Shown: positions 1 to 10,236 of the stretch, piece after piece | Position numbering within the stretch: position 1 is the first letter of the stretch | Layout of the letters: each line of letters begins with the position of its first letter | NCBI GenBank assembly: GCA_017436525.1 | Contig: JAFSCX010000047.1 | Span: forward strand, 53,198 to 117,197 | Length of the DNA stretch: 64,000 bases | Direction: 5' to 3' | DNA from: Clostridia bacterium | GTDB taxonomy: Bacteria; Bacillota; Clostridia; Oscillospirales; QAKW01 | The notes under the pieces: model-generated | The model's input: only the letters and a program-made list of their open reading frames with translations | What the model was told of the DNA's origin: nothing | Databases searched by the model: none | Translations under genes and position numbers: made by a program

Positions 1-1590
1 ACTTCGCAAGAACCCTTCTTTATCTGCATCAAGAATCGCAACCAATGCAACCTCGGGAATATCAAGGCCTTCCCGAAGCAGATTAATGCCGACCAATACA
101 TCAAATTCGCCCAAACGCAGCTGACGAACCAGTTCCATCCGTTCAACCGTTTTGACATCATAATGCAAGTATTTTACCTTTACACCCATCGAGGACAAAT
201 AATCTGTAAGATCCTCTGCCATGCGCTTGGTAAGCGTGGTAACAAGGACTCGATTCCCCTTTTCAACGCACAAATGGATCTCTTCAACGAGATCATCCAT
301 CTGCCCCTCAACAGGGCGCACCGATATTTCGGGATCCAAAAGCCCTGTTGGGCGAATCAGCTGCTCTGCAACCTGAGTGCTTCGCTCCATTTCATAGGCC
401 GCAGGAGTTGCGCTCACATATAGAACTTGATCCAAACGATCTGTAAATTCATTAAAATTCAGAGGGCGATTATCATATGCCGAAGGAAGCCGGAAACCAT
501 AGTTGACCAGCATATCCTTTCGGGATCGGTCTCCTCCATACATCCCTCGAACTTGCGGCAAAGTAACATGAGATTCATCCACAATCAGCAGAAAATCATC
601 GCCAAAAAAGTCAAGGAGGGTTGCAGGCGGGCTGCCCGGAGCTCTTCCGCTCAATATTCGTGAATAATTCTCAATTCCATTGCAAAACCCGATCTCACGC
701 AGCATTTCAAGATCGTAGCGGGTCCTCTGCTCAATTCGCTGCGCTTCAATCAATTTCCCATTTTCCGTAAAATAATCTACTCTTTCTTGAAGCTCACGTT
801 CAATTTCTTTAAGCGCAAGTTCTCGTTTTTCATCTCCAATAACATAATGGGAAGCAGGATAGATCGCAACATGGCTCATCTCTCGCAACACTTCACCGGT
901 CAAGCTATCAATTTCCGAAATACGATCGATCTCATCGCCGAAAAACTCCACCCGAACCACAACATCAGAAGATGCCGCAGGGAAAATCTCCAAAACGTCT
1001 CCACGAACGCGAAATTTATTGCGGGAAAAATCGAAGTCATTTCGCTCATACTGAACGCGCACAAGATGCTCAATCACCTCATCGCGATCCTTGATCATCC
1101 CCGGCCGCAAAGAAAGGACCAAATTCTTATATTCGTCGGGATCTCCCAAACCATAAATGCAGGATACGGAAGAAACCACAATGACATCCTTCCGCTCTAA
1201 TAGAGAAAAAGTGGCGCTATGGCGAAGTTTATCAATTTCATCGTTGATAGAACTATCTTTTTCAATATAGGTATCCGATGAGGGAATATATGCCTCGGGC
1301 TGATAGTAATCATAGTAAGAAACAAAATACTCCACCGCGTTTTCGGGGAAAAATTCCTTAAACTCGGTGCAAAGCTGTGCGGCGAGGGTTTTATTGTGAG
1401 CGAGAATGAGTGTGGGCTTATTTACATTAGCAATAATATTGGCCATGGTAAAGGTTTTACCCGAGCCGGTTACACCCAGCAAAACCTGCTCTTTCAAACC
1501 GTTTTGGATGCCTTCGCTGAGTTTTTCAATCGCTTGCGGTTGGTCGCCTGTAGGCTTAAATTTTGAGTGTAAAATAAATTGATCCGGCAT
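1..1590 (-). CDS. uvrB: Excinuclease ABC subunit B, N-terminal ~530 aa (C-terminus beyond window start)
   Basis: Absent from the ORF track because it runs off the window. My minus-strand translation from ATG 1590-1588 gives [51 protein letters not shown] (Walker A). Near position 1 it reads [47 protein letters not shown] lies upstream. Confidence 0.9.
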   Translation of the reverse strand, partial: MPDQFILHSKFKPTGDQPQAIEKLSEGIQNGLKEQVLLGVTGSGKTFTMANIIANVNKPTLILAHNKTLAAQLCTEFKEFFPENAVEYFVSYYDYYQPEAYIPSSDTYIEKDSSINDEIDKLRHSATFSLLERKDVIVVSSVSCIYGLGDPDEYKNLVLSLRPGMIKDRDEVIEHLVRVQYERNDFDFSRNKFRVRGDVLEIFPAASSDVVVRVEFFGDEIDRISEIDSLTGEVLREMSHVAIYPASHYVIGDEKRELALKEIERELQERVDYFTENGKLIEAQRIEQRTRYDLEMLREIGFCNGIENYSRILSGRAPGSPPATLLDFFGDDFLLIVDESHVTLPQVRGMYGGDRSRKDMLVNYGFRLPSAYDNRPLNFNEFTDRLDQVLYVSATPAAYEMERSTQVAEQLIRPTGLLDPEISVRPVEGQMDDLVEEIHLCVEKGNRVLVTTLTKRMAEDLTDYLSSMGVKVKYLHYDVKTVERMELVRQLRLGEFDVLVGINLLREGLDIPEVALVAILDADKEGFLRS

Positions 1591-1666
1591 ATTCTCACTC
1601 CTTTCTTTATTCTTTCCCAAAGAAAAATAGATGCTCATTTTCTTCAATAAGCACCTATTATTTCAT

Positions 1667-1993
1667 TTAACCCTCCGCTTGCTGCAACAAACTAAGGATT
1701 TTCGCTTTAGATGCAGCACCAATAATTTTATTGACCGCCTTTCCCTCTTTAAGCACGATAAGGGTGGGGATGCTCATAACATTAAACGCTGCTGCTAAAT
1801 CAGGCTGATCGTCCACATTGATTTTTCCCACCAAGTATTCAGGATGCTCTTGCGCAATTTTATCGACAATGGGAGAAACCATTCGGCAAGGGCCGCACCA
1901 ATCGGCATAAAAATCAAGCAAAACAATTTTACTGCTTTTTAAGATTTCATTTTCAAAAACATACTTATCCACTTTTACTACAGACATTTTCAT
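1667..1993 (-). CDS. trxA: Thioredoxin
   Basis: 108 aa with a WCGPC active site and thioredoxin length and layout. Confidence 0.9.
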   Translation of the reverse strand: MKMSVVKVDKYVFENEILKSSKIVLLDFYADWCGPCRMVSPIVDKIAQEHPEYLVGKINVDDQPDLAAAFNVMSIPTLIVLKEGKAVNKIIGAASKAKILSLLQQAEG

Positions 1994-2559
1994 TCTCCTT
2001 TTCCTTTGATCAACGAAATGCCTTTTTCAAGATTTTCATCGCTGAGCATTCCATTGGCATATGTTACAAGATCGCCATTTTTATCAATAAAAATGGTCAT
2101 TGGCAGACCGCTGGCGCCGTAGGCGGTTGCCGCTTCAAGCTTCGTATCATAAAAAACGGGGAAAGTATACCCTTCGTCTTTAATGTATTGCGAAGCACTA
2201 TCCATTGTCTCTTGATGACCGTCTGTTACATTGATCATCAAAAATTGCACATCGCTATGCTTTTGATAGGCTTTTTCAAAATCAGGCATTTCCACCTTAC
2301 AATAATAGCACCAAGAGGCCCAAAAATTCAAGACGATCGGTTTGCCGAAATAATCAGAAAGTTTTACTTCCCTGCCTTCCCCATCCAAAACGGTAAAATC
2401 CGGCGCCTTATGGTCTTGATTTTGCTGCGTACTATTTTCATCTCCTGCCAGTTGCTCCGGTTGATAATGATCTTTCAAATAACCATATAGAAAATAGATC
2501 CCAACAAATACAATTGCGCAAACAATCGCAAGAATAATCCATTTAATACTCTTTTTCAT
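1990..2559 (-). CDS. TlpA/ResA-like membrane-anchored thiol-disulfide oxidoreductase
   Basis: 189 aa with an N-terminal TM helix and a WASWCYYC CxxC motif. It overlaps the trxA start by 4 nt. Confidence 0.8.
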   Translation of the reverse strand: MKKSIKWIILAIVCAIVFVGIYFLYGYLKDHYQPEQLAGDENSTQQNQDHKAPDFTVLDGEGREVKLSDYFGKPIVLNFWASWCYYCKVEMPDFEKAYQKHSDVQFLMINVTDGHQETMDSASQYIKDEGYTFPVFYDTKLEAATAYGASGLPMTIFIDKNGDLVTYANGMLSDENLEKGISLIKGKGE

Positions 2560-2570
2560 ATTTTTCCCTC

Positions 2571-3233
2571 TTAATCAAATAATGTCATAACATTACCAAG
2601 AAGCCCTGTCATCATTAAAACACCCACTATGATCAAGAGAATTCCGCAAATTCGATTAATCCAAGTATAGTTTCTTTTGATCCAATCGAAAGCAGATTTC
2701 AGCTTATTGATCAATAGAGCGCTGGCTACAAACGGGATCCCAAGGCCTATTGAATAAAGCAAAAGCATTATAATTCCGCGTAGCGCATGCCCTTGCTGAG
2801 ACGCAAGCAACAATGCAGATCCAAGAAAAGCGCCAACACAAGGCGTCCATCCCACTGAAAAGACAATACCAAAAAGTATTGACGAAAAGAAACCAAGCTC
2901 ACCTTCGCTTTTTTTGCTTATTCCCTTCAAAAAACCAAGATTGAAAACGCCTAAAAAATGCAATCCAAAAAAGATTACAATCAGGCCTGTTACAATGTTC
3001 ACAGCAAGTTGATAACGTTTCAAAAGGCTGCCGAGTGTGCCCGCCATTGCTCCCATCGCTACAAATACTAAAGTAAATCCCAATACAAACCCAAGGGCAT
3101 TAATAAAGGTCTTGCGGGAATTTTGAGCGCCGTTACCGCCCGCAAAGTAAGAGACATAGATTGGAAGCATGGGTAAAAGGCAAGGAGAAATAAAGGTAAC
3201 AACCCCCTCCAAAAAAGCAATTAAATACTGCAT
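2571..3233 (-). CDS. ccdA: Cytochrome c biogenesis/thiol:disulfide electron transfer protein CcdA (DsbD-type membrane domain)
   Basis: Polytopic membrane protein with the FISPCLLPMLPIY motif and a second conserved Cys (GWTPCVG). I prefer the ATG at 3233 (MQYLIAF) because GGAAGGA lies about 8 nt upstream. The track ORF extends to a TTG at 3254. Confidence 0.8.
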   Translation of the reverse strand: MQYLIAFLEGVVTFISPCLLPMLPIYVSYFAGGNGAQNSRKTFINALGFVLGFTLVFVAMGAMAGTLGSLLKRYQLAVNIVTGLIVIFFGLHFLGVFNLGFLKGISKKSEGELGFFSSILFGIVFSVGWTPCVGAFLGSALLLASQQGHALRGIIMLLLYSIGLGIPFVASALLINKLKSAFDWIKRNYTWINRICGILLIIVGVLMMTGLLGNVMTLFD

Positions 3234-3342
3234 CCGCTTCATCCTTCCCACCAAGAATATTCCAGACTTATTTTAACACATTTTTTTGCTTACAACAACA
3301 AAATTAATAAAAAATATAAAATAAATATTCAAAAATAAAACT

Positions 3343-3426
3343 TGACATTTTAATATTTTATAGTATAATTATATGGTCCTTGCTCATTGGATAAATGAGC
3401 CAAATGTCCATAAGGAGGTGTAAATC
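3343..3426 (+). promoter_or_regulatory. rpsF promoter (TTGACA ... TATAAT) plus 5' leader hairpin, possible S6:S18 autoregulatory leader
   Basis: TTGACA at 3343-3348 is followed about 16 nt later by TATAAT. The leader contains the hairpin GCTCATT-ggataa-AATGAGC just before the RBS AAGGAGG. Assignment to the known rpsF leader class is not verified. Confidence 0.35.
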
Positions 3427-3726
3427 ATGGCTGAAGCAAATCGCAAGTATGAGACTATTCTCATCACCAAGCCTAATCTTACAGAGGAGGAGCACGCTGC
3501 ACTTATCGAGAAATTCACCAAATTGATCGATAAAAACGGCGCTGTTGAGTCTGTAGATGATTGGGGCGTCAAGAAGCTTGCATATCCCATCGACTTCATC
3601 AACGAGGGCCACTATGTGCTGATCAATTTTGAAGCACCTGCGGCTTTCCCCGCTGAGCTCGAGCGGATCTACGGCATCACTGACGGTATTCTGCGTTCCA
3701 TCGTTGTGAGCAAAGAAGAAAAGTAA
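3427..3726 (+). CDS. rpsF: 30S ribosomal protein S6
   Basis: 99 aa starting MAEANRKYETILITKP; sits in the canonical rpsF-ssb-rpsR order. Confidence 0.95.
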   Translation: MAEANRKYETILITKPNLTEEEHAALIEKFTKLIDKNGAVESVDDWGVKKLAYPIDFINEGHYVLINFEAPAAFPAELERIYGITDGILRSIVVSKEEK

Positions 3727-3740
3727 GGAAGGATTCTGCT

Positions 3741-4169
3741 ATGTTAAACAAAGTTATCTTAACTGGTCGTTTAACCGCTACACCGGAGCTTAAAAAGACA
3801 TCTACCGATGTCTCTGTTACCTCTTTTTCTATCGCTGTTCAGCGTCAGTATAAGGGGCCGGATGGCAACTATCCCACTGATTTTATCAACATTGTTGCTT
3901 GGAGAAGCACCGCAGATTTTATCTGCCGTTTCTTTGAGAAAGGCAATTTGATTGCATTGGTTGGCAGTTTGCAGTCCCGAAACTATGAAGATAAGACCGG
4001 TGCCAAGAGAACCGCTTTCGAGGTGGTTGTTGATGAAGCGCATTTCGTGGAATCCAAAAAAGAAGCTTCTGCTGCTCGCCCTGCCGCGCCCGAGTTTAAG
4101 GCTCCGCCTGTAACCGGCGGCAACACTGTCGAGTTTGAAGAAGTTCAAGACGACGAATTGCCCTTCTAA
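3741..4169 (+). CDS. ssb: Single-stranded DNA-binding protein
   Basis: 142 aa starting MLNKVILTGRLT (OB fold) with an acidic C-terminal tail DDELPF. Confidence 0.95.
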   Translation: MLNKVILTGRLTATPELKKTSTDVSVTSFSIAVQRQYKGPDGNYPTDFINIVAWRSTADFICRFFEKGNLIALVGSLQSRNYEDKTGAKRTAFEVVVDEAHFVESKKEASAARPAAPEFKAPPVTGGNTVEFEEVQDDELPF

Positions 4170-4190
4170 TCTTATAAGGAGGATTTAGCT

Positions 4191-4433
4191 GTGGAAAGAG
4201 AAAAGAATTACAAGCCCAACAGAAAGCCCCGCCGCAAGGTATGCGCATTCTGCATGGATAAAGTAACTGAAATTGATTACAAGGATACCGCAAAGCTCAG
4301 AAAGTTTATCTCTGAGCGTGCAAAGATCCTGCCCCGCCGCGTAACCGGCACTTGCGCTAAGCATCAGCGTCAGCTGACCAGTGCGATCAAGCGTGCGCGT
4401 GTAATCGCTCTGCTCCCCTATGTGAGCGACTAA
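4191..4433 (+). CDS. rpsR: 30S ribosomal protein S18
   Basis: 80 aa with a GTG start after AAGGAGGA; contains the CAFCMDK and [11 protein letters not shown] motifs. Confidence 0.95.
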   Translation: MEREKNYKPNRKPRRKVCAFCMDKVTEIDYKDTAKLRKFISERAKILPRRVTGTCAKHQRQLTSAIKRARVIALLPYVSD

Positions 4434-4445
4434 TTAAATAAAGAA

Positions 4446-4476
4446 GAGACGATCCGAAAGGATCGTCTCTTTTTAT
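4446..4476 (+). terminator. Rho-independent terminator of rpsF-ssb-rpsR
   Basis: GAGACGATCC-gaaa-GGATCGTCTC stem followed by a T-run. Confidence 0.8.
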
Positions 4477-4480
4477 TATT

Positions 4481-4606
4481 TTAGCATCCGCAAGAATTGC
4501 CGCAATTATTATTGCCGCAACCATGATTGTGATAACCGCAATTGTTATCGCCAAGGAAGGAAACAACGATCAATGCGACAATCAACCATACAATGCAATC
4601 ATTCAT
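4481..4606 (-). CDS. 41-aa Cys/Gly/Asn-rich small membrane peptide (below ORF-track cutoff)
   Basis: My translation is MNDCIVWLIVALIVVSFLGDNNCGYHNHGCGNNNCGNSCGC*. GAGGTG RBS lies 6 nt upstream of the ATG (4606-4604). One TM helix is followed by a tail of CG(x)n repeats. Confidence 0.45.
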   Translation of the reverse strand: MNDCIVWLIVALIVVSFLGDNNCGYHNHGCGNNNCGNSCGC

Positions 4607-4638
4607 TATTATCACCTCGACCCATTATATGCCGCACC

Positions 4639-5676
4639 TCAATCAAAGTTGAAATAAAAATTCGTATCCCAAGCAGGGAGATACGGAAAATGCCGAATAT
4701 ATAATTTTCCGCCGGCGGCAATCGAATCCACCAAAAGAGGAAGATCATAAAGATCCTCTGGGCGATGATATGCAGAAATCAGTATTTTCGGGCGATAGCG
4801 CGCGATGCTTTCCTTGGCTCCAAGGATAGCTTTTCGCTCCATTCCCTCTACATCCATTTTAATATAGGAAACTCTACGCCCACTTAAAATTTCATCCACC
4901 GTATAGGAAGAAACTGCAACGCCCCCTTCGCTGAGAACCGCAGATTTTCGACCGCCATCCATCAGAAATCTCTGCTCACCCTGCTTTTCATCGATACATC
5001 CATGATATATTTCAATACGGGGATAATCCCTTAAATTTTCTACGCATTTTTTATAATTTTTTCGATCCGGCTCAACCGCAATAATGCGCTCATAATCCAC
5101 AGTTTCTTTTATAAAATCCAGAACCGTATCTCCTGTATATGCGCCAAGATCCAGATAAACCTCGTTGCTTTGGAGCTTAAGAAGCCGCCATGCTTCCTCG
5201 GGATCAGATTCAGCCGCATATAGATAGCGCGGCTCTCCGGTCAGCTTTCCTTTGATTATATTTTCATAAACTACCTTCGAAAAATCATCCGATAACATTT
5301 CAAATACTTTTTTGAAGAATGGCAAGTGTTCTTTTACAAATGTCTCATCAAACAAAGTATCCCCCGCCACAGGGATATCCGGCACATATAATTCTTGCTC
5401 TGAAGCGATTTTTTTAATATTATCCAAAACCTCGGGGCGCTGCGTTCCAAAAGCGACCAATACCATCATTTCGCCGAATTGCTGCTGAAGTTCTTGATAG
5501 CTACACACCATAAACCCGCGAAAATTCTGATGACGTACAAATCCATCACTGGCAAATACGCCCTGAACCTCAACACCCATTTCATTTAATACATCGAGAA
5601 TACGATCTGCTCCATTTCCCATGCCATATAGCACAATTGGCTTCTTCGCATTTTTCAGCCTTTGCCAAAGTTCCAT
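4639..5676 (-). CDS. FkbM-family SAM-dependent methyltransferase
   Basis: 345 aa with a LDLGAYTGDT SAM-binding-like motif, an IKMDVEGMERKAILGA FkbM-type segment and an N-terminal Rossmann-like extension. Confidence 0.7.
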   Translation of the reverse strand: MELWQRLKNAKKPIVLYGMGNGADRILDVLNEMGVEVQGVFASDGFVRHQNFRGFMVCSYQELQQQFGEMMVLVAFGTQRPEVLDNIKKIASEQELYVPDIPVAGDTLFDETFVKEHLPFFKKVFEMLSDDFSKVVYENIIKGKLTGEPRYLYAAESDPEEAWRLLKLQSNEVYLDLGAYTGDTVLDFIKETVDYERIIAVEPDRKNYKKCVENLRDYPRIEIYHGCIDEKQGEQRFLMDGGRKSAVLSEGGVAVSSYTVDEILSGRRVSYIKMDVEGMERKAILGAKESIARYRPKILISAYHRPEDLYDLPLLVDSIAAGGKLYIRHFPYLPAWDTNFYFNFD

Positions 5677-5752
5677 TTTTCATTCCTCTCTATTGAAATG
5701 CTTTTATATTTATGTTAGAATTTATTTAAGTATAACCAAGGAGGTTGCGCCA

Positions 5753-6319
5753 ATGAAGCTCAGAAAAGATCCGCTGTTTATCGGCGCAGCACTTTGCTTA
5801 TTCTTCCCGATTGGATTCATCTTGCTATTAAGATCCGATTGTAAGAAAAAATATAAAATCATTTTTTCTCTTTTGGGCGCGCTTCTATTTTTAGCATTAA
5901 CCATTTCGCTTGGAACCATCAAAAATAAAGCACCGATGCCCGATTATCAACTCATTGTTTCAAAAGACACCTTGAAGGTGGGAGAATCCGGCTCCCTTGC
6001 AGTAATGGACGGAAACCATCTGTATTCCGATATAACTATAGATAAAGAAAACGATTGCTTATCCCTGCAAGGAACTGTCTTTACCGCAGAAAAAATCGGA
6101 AGCTGCTTGCTTACTGCAACATACGGAGAAGAGCAAGATACTGTTGAAATTCATATCACCGCCGATGATGGCGGAAATGAAATTGTCTACTGCTCGGCCA
6201 AGGGCGCAAAATACCATCGCACAAAATCTCACGGCGGCAAAAATTCAGTCGAAATGTCCCGCGAAGATGCAGTGCAATCTGCCAAGACCCCTTGCAAGAT
6301 CTGTTATCCAACATTTTAA
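5753..6319 (+). CDS. Membrane-anchored protein with Ig-like segment and C-terminal KYH...CKIC motif
   Basis: AAGGAGG RBS precedes the ATG at 5753 (MKLRKDPLFIGAALCL). It has two N-terminal hydrophobic helices and a Big_2-like middle (LKVGESGSLAV ... TATYGEEQDTVEIHI). The track ORF start at 5621 overlaps the neighbouring gene and is unlikely. Confidence 0.55.
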   Translation: MKLRKDPLFIGAALCLFFPIGFILLLRSDCKKKYKIIFSLLGALLFLALTISLGTIKNKAPMPDYQLIVSKDTLKVGESGSLAVMDGNHLYSDITIDKENDCLSLQGTVFTAEKIGSCLLTATYGEEQDTVEIHITADDGGNEIVYCSAKGAKYHRTKSHGGKNSVEMSREDAVQSAKTPCKICYPTF

Positions 6320-6356
6320 CCAATTTCTATAAATTCGTCAAGTAAGGAGAATTCAA

Positions 6357-7241
6357 ATGAAGCTGAAAGATCTCTTAAATAGCGAAGACCTCACACTTTC
6401 TTTCGAAGTATTCCCGCCCAAAACCGACAGCAATTTTGAGAGTGTGCGCTATGCGACCGAGGAAATTGCCGCATTAAAGCCCGCCTTTATGAGTGTAACC
6501 TATGGTGCGGGAGGCGGCACCAGCAAATATACATTGGAAATTGCAAAAAACATTAAAGCCCGCCATGGTGTTGAGACCCTTGCCCATCTCACCTGCGTCT
6601 CCTCTACCAAAGAAACGGTATCGCAGAAGATCCAAGAGATCCGTGAATCGGGTATTGAAAATGTAATGGCATTGCGCGGAGATCTCACGCCCGAACTCCA
6701 AAATACCGATCGCGCGCAATGGCACTATCAGCACGCAGTAGATCTGATTTATGATCTGAAAGCGCAAGCACCGGAGCTTTGCATCGGTGGTGCTTGCTAC
6801 CCCGAAATCCATCCCGAGAGTGCCAATCAAAAAGAAGATATTCGATATCTCAAAGAGAAAGTGGATGCCGGATGCGATTTTCTTACTACGCAAATGTTTT
6901 TTGATAATAATCTGCTTTATAATTTTTTATATAAAATTCGAGAAGCAGGTATTACCGTCCCCATCATCCCCGGCATCATGCCGATTACCAATGCCAACCA
7001 ATTAGATCGCGCCCTTCACCTTTCCGGCTCATTCATTCCTCAGCGCTTCAAGAGCTTGGTTGATAAATTCGGCTCCTCTCCCGACTCCATGAAGCAAGCC
7101 GGCATTGCTTATGCAACCGATCAGATCATTGATCTTTATGCCAATGGCATTACCAATGTACATGTCTATTCCATGAACAAGCCGGATATTGCCGCAAGTA
7201 TTCAAAATAATCTCTCTGCAATTATTAAAAAACATGAATGA
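6357..7241 (+). CDS. metF: 5,10-methylenetetrahydrofolate reductase
   Basis: 294 aa with MetF-type motifs SFEVFPPKT, VTYGAGG, HLTC and ALRGD. Confidence 0.9.
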   Translation: MKLKDLLNSEDLTLSFEVFPPKTDSNFESVRYATEEIAALKPAFMSVTYGAGGGTSKYTLEIAKNIKARHGVETLAHLTCVSSTKETVSQKIQEIRESGIENVMALRGDLTPELQNTDRAQWHYQHAVDLIYDLKAQAPELCIGGACYPEIHPESANQKEDIRYLKEKVDAGCDFLTTQMFFDNNLLYNFLYKIREAGITVPIIPGIMPITNANQLDRALHLSGSFIPQRFKSLVDKFGSSPDSMKQAGIAYATDQIIDLYANGITNVHVYSMNKPDIAASIQNNLSAIIKKHE

Positions 7242-7842
7242 TACGATTTTTCTAAAAAATTTTATTGAGCCGCCTGTTGATCGCAAAAAGATTCTTCATT
7301 ATGCCAAAAGTGGAGCAGAAGATCAAATATTATTGCAAATACAGCAGCTTTTGGAAGAAAGCCTTCCGCATTTCAGCTATAAAATTGCCTATGGCCGATT
7401 CCCTATAAATTCAGACGGCAATGCCTTGGATCTCGGCTTTGCAAGGGTTCATTCAAATGACCTCAAAAATGCCCTGCTCGGCTGCAAGGAGATCATCCTT
7501 TTTGCAGCAACAATCGGAATTCAAGCCGATCGGCTGATATCAAAATACAGCCGCTTCTCCCCTGCCAAAGGGCTTTTGCTGCAAGCAATCGGCACCGAGC
7601 GAGTGGAAAGCCTTTGCGATCTTTTTTGCCTTGAAATGAAGGAGCAATTAAAAAGAGACGGCCTTGCCACACGCCCAAGATTCAGCCCCGGCTATGGGGA
7701 CCTTCCTCTCACTCTTCAAAAAGAAATTATCCGCAAATTGGATTGCACCAAAAATATTGGAATCTCTCTTAATCAGCAACTACTGATGACCCCCTCAAAA
7801 TCAATCACGGCCATTATCGGTCTGGAGGAAAGAAAAGCATGA
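7234..7842 (+). CDS. Stand-alone methionine synthase activation (AdoMet-binding) domain protein
   Basis: About 202 aa from the ATG at 7234, which overlaps the metF stop (ATGAATGA). Contains an RFSPGYGD motif typical of the MetH reactivation domain. Its stop overlaps the metH start (ATGA at 7839-7842). Confidence 0.75.
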   Translation: MNDTIFLKNFIEPPVDRKKILHYAKSGAEDQILLQIQQLLEESLPHFSYKIAYGRFPINSDGNALDLGFARVHSNDLKNALLGCKEIILFAATIGIQADRLISKYSRFSPAKGLLLQAIGTERVESLCDLFCLEMKEQLKRDGLATRPRFSPGYGDLPLTLQKEIIRKLDCTKNIGISLNQQLLMTPSKSITAIIGLEERKA

Positions 7843-10232
7843 CCATCAAGCAATTGATTCAAACCAAAAACATCCTCTTGGATGGCGGAATGGGCACCCT
7901 TTTGCAAGCCAAAGGCCTTGCAGCAGGTGAATATCCGGAAACATGGAATCTGAAACACCCTGAAATCATTCAAGATATTCATAAAGCCTATTTCGACGCA
8001 GGCAGCAATATGATCTGCACCAATACATTCGGCGCAAATACCCTTAAATTCCCCAAAAATGAGCTTAGAGAGATCGTTAAGGCAGCCGTCCAAAATGCAA
8101 AAACTGCCTTGAAAAATTCATGTGGAAAACAAGAAAAATTCATCGCACTTGATATCGGGCCCACAGGCAAACTCTTAAAACCCTATGGTGATTTAGAGTT
8201 TGAAGACGCGGTAAGTATCTTCGCAGAAACGGTCCGATTAGGGAATGAATTCGGCGCCGACTTGATTTTCATCGAAACAATGAACGATAGCTATGAAACC
8301 AAAGCAGCCCTCCTTGCAGCAAAAGAGTATTCCAACCTCCCTGTATTTGTATCCAATGCCTATGACGAAAGCGGAAAACTCATGACCGGCGCCACCCCTT
8401 CGGCAATGATTGCAATGCTGGAAGGATTAGGCGCAGATTGCATCGGCGTAAACTGCTCTCTTGGCCCTAAAGCGCTAAGACCGGTTGTGGAGCAATACTT
8501 AGCCTATTCTTCCCTGCCTGTATTAGTAAAACCCAACGCAGGATTGCCAAAGAGCGTCAATGGTAAAACCATTTATGATCTCTCGGAGCGGGAATTTGCT
8601 GATGAAATCAAAGAAATGATGAAAGCAGGCGTTCATCTTGCAGGCGGCTGTTGCGGTACAACTCCCGCCTATATAAAAGCCCTTCATGATTTGACAGCAG
8701 ATCTCCCACCTGCTCCTATTTCTCAAAAAAACATCTCTATGGTCAGCTCTTATACCCACGCTGTCGTCTTTGATCAAAATCCTATTTTAATTGGGGAACG
8801 AATCAATCCTACCGGCAAAAAGCGCTTTAAGCAAGCGTTGGTGGAAAAGGATATGGATTATATCCTAAAAGAGGGCGTTGCTCAGCAAGATCTCGGAGCA
8901 GACATTTTAGATGTAAATGTCGGTCTTCCTGAGATTGATGAATCGCTGATGCTGCGTAACACTGTTTTTGAATTGCAATCCATTTGCAATCTCCCCTTAC
9001 AGATCGATACTGCCGATACGGGCGCTTTGGAAACTGCTTTGAGGATCTACAACGGCAAAGCAATGATCAATTCCGTCAACGGCAAATTAGAGAGTATGGA
9101 ATCGATCTTCCCTCTTGCAAAGAAATATGGCGGAATGATTGTGGCTCTCACCTTAGATGAAGGCGGAATCCCCGCAAACGCCGAAGGTCGCTTGGAAATT
9201 GCTAAGAAAATTCTTCAAACCGCCGCGCAATATGGGATTCATAAGAAAGATCTGATCTTTGATCCTCTTTGCATGGCAGTGAGCGCTGATGATCAGGCCG
9301 CCTTAGAAACATTAAAAGCTATTGAACTGATTAACACAGAGCTTGGATGCCATACATCCTTGGGCGTATCCAATGTATCCTTCGGCTTACCTGAGCGAGA
9401 TCGAATCAATAGCATCTTTTTTGCATCTGCATTGGAGCGTGGGATGTCTGCCGCAATCATGAACCCCTATTCAACCAACATGATGAATACATACCATAGC
9501 TGGCGGGCTCTTCATGGTCTGGATCAAAATTGCGAGGCTTATATTACCTTCGCTCAAAATAACCCCTCTTTCTCCCAAGGAATTCCTATCCCAAAAGAAG
9601 CGGAGCAATCCAAGGAGTATGCTTCAGCCCTTCAAAAAAGCATCATTAAAGGTCTAAAAGAAGACGCTGCAGTTCAAACCAAAGAAATACTTGCGGAAAG
9701 AAACCCATTGGAGATTGTAAATCAAGAAATCATTCCCGCTCTTAACATTGTGGGGGACGGTTTTGAAAAGAAGATGGTCTATCTCCCCCAGCTTCTTATG
9801 GCAGCAGAAGCGGCAAAAGCTTCCTTTGAAATCATTAAAGAATCCACCATCACATCAGAATCCCCTTCGGATTCTAAATGCACCATTGTATTGGCAACGG
9901 TAAAGGGTGATATTCATGATATCGGGAAAAATATCGTAAAGCTGCTTTTGGAGAATTATGGATATAAAATCATCGATCTTGGAAAGGATGTACCGCCGCA
10001 AGAGATATTAGATGCTGCGCTAAAATCGAATGCGAAATATGTAGGGTTGAGTGCTTTGATGACCACTACCGTGCCTGCTATGGAAGAGACCATCAAGCTA
10101 CTTCGCAATAACCATCCCCATTGCAAAATACTTGTTGGCGGTGCTGTCTTAAATCAAGATTATGCTGATATGATTGGTGCTGATTTTTATGCCAAAGATG
10201 CCATGGAAGCAGTTCGTTATTTGGAAAAATAA
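7839..10232 (+). CDS. metH: Cobalamin-dependent methionine synthase (Hcy-binding, pterin-binding, B12-binding modules; no activation domain)
   Basis: 797 aa with a Hcy S-methyltransferase module (GGCCGTTP), a pterin-binding module and the B12 motif GDIHDIGKN (DxHxxG). Confidence 0.9.
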   Translation: MTIKQLIQTKNILLDGGMGTLLQAKGLAAGEYPETWNLKHPEIIQDIHKAYFDAGSNMICTNTFGANTLKFPKNELREIVKAAVQNAKTALKNSCGKQEKFIALDIGPTGKLLKPYGDLEFEDAVSIFAETVRLGNEFGADLIFIETMNDSYETKAALLAAKEYSNLPVFVSNAYDESGKLMTGATPSAMIAMLEGLGADCIGVNCSLGPKALRPVVEQYLAYSSLPVLVKPNAGLPKSVNGKTIYDLSEREFADEIKEMMKAGVHLAGGCCGTTPAYIKALHDLTADLPPAPISQKNISMVSSYTHAVVFDQNPILIGERINPTGKKRFKQALVEKDMDYILKEGVAQQDLGADILDVNVGLPEIDESLMLRNTVFELQSICNLPLQIDTADTGALETALRIYNGKAMINSVNGKLESMESIFPLAKKYGGMIVALTLDEGGIPANAEGRLEIAKKILQTAAQYGIHKKDLIFDPLCMAVSADDQAALETLKAIELINTELGCHTSLGVSNVSFGLPERDRINSIFFASALERGMSAAIMNPYSTNMMNTYHSWRALHGLDQNCEAYITFAQNNPSFSQGIPIPKEAEQSKEYASALQKSIIKGLKEDAAVQTKEILAERNPLEIVNQEIIPALNIVGDGFEKKMVYLPQLLMAAEAAKASFEIIKESTITSESPSDSKCTIVLATVKGDIHDIGKNIVKLLLENYGYKIIDLGKDVPPQEILDAALKSNAKYVGLSALMTTTVPAMEETIKLLRNNHPHCKILVGGAVLNQDYADMIGADFYAKDAMEAVRYLEK

Positions 10233-10236
10233 AAAA

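Noticed and set aside
163-1200. Three plus-strand ORFs (86, 78 and 137 aa) at the window start.
   Set aside because: They lie antisense to the clearly recognisable uvrB reading frame. They have low-complexity, Cys/Arg-rich translations and no RBS.
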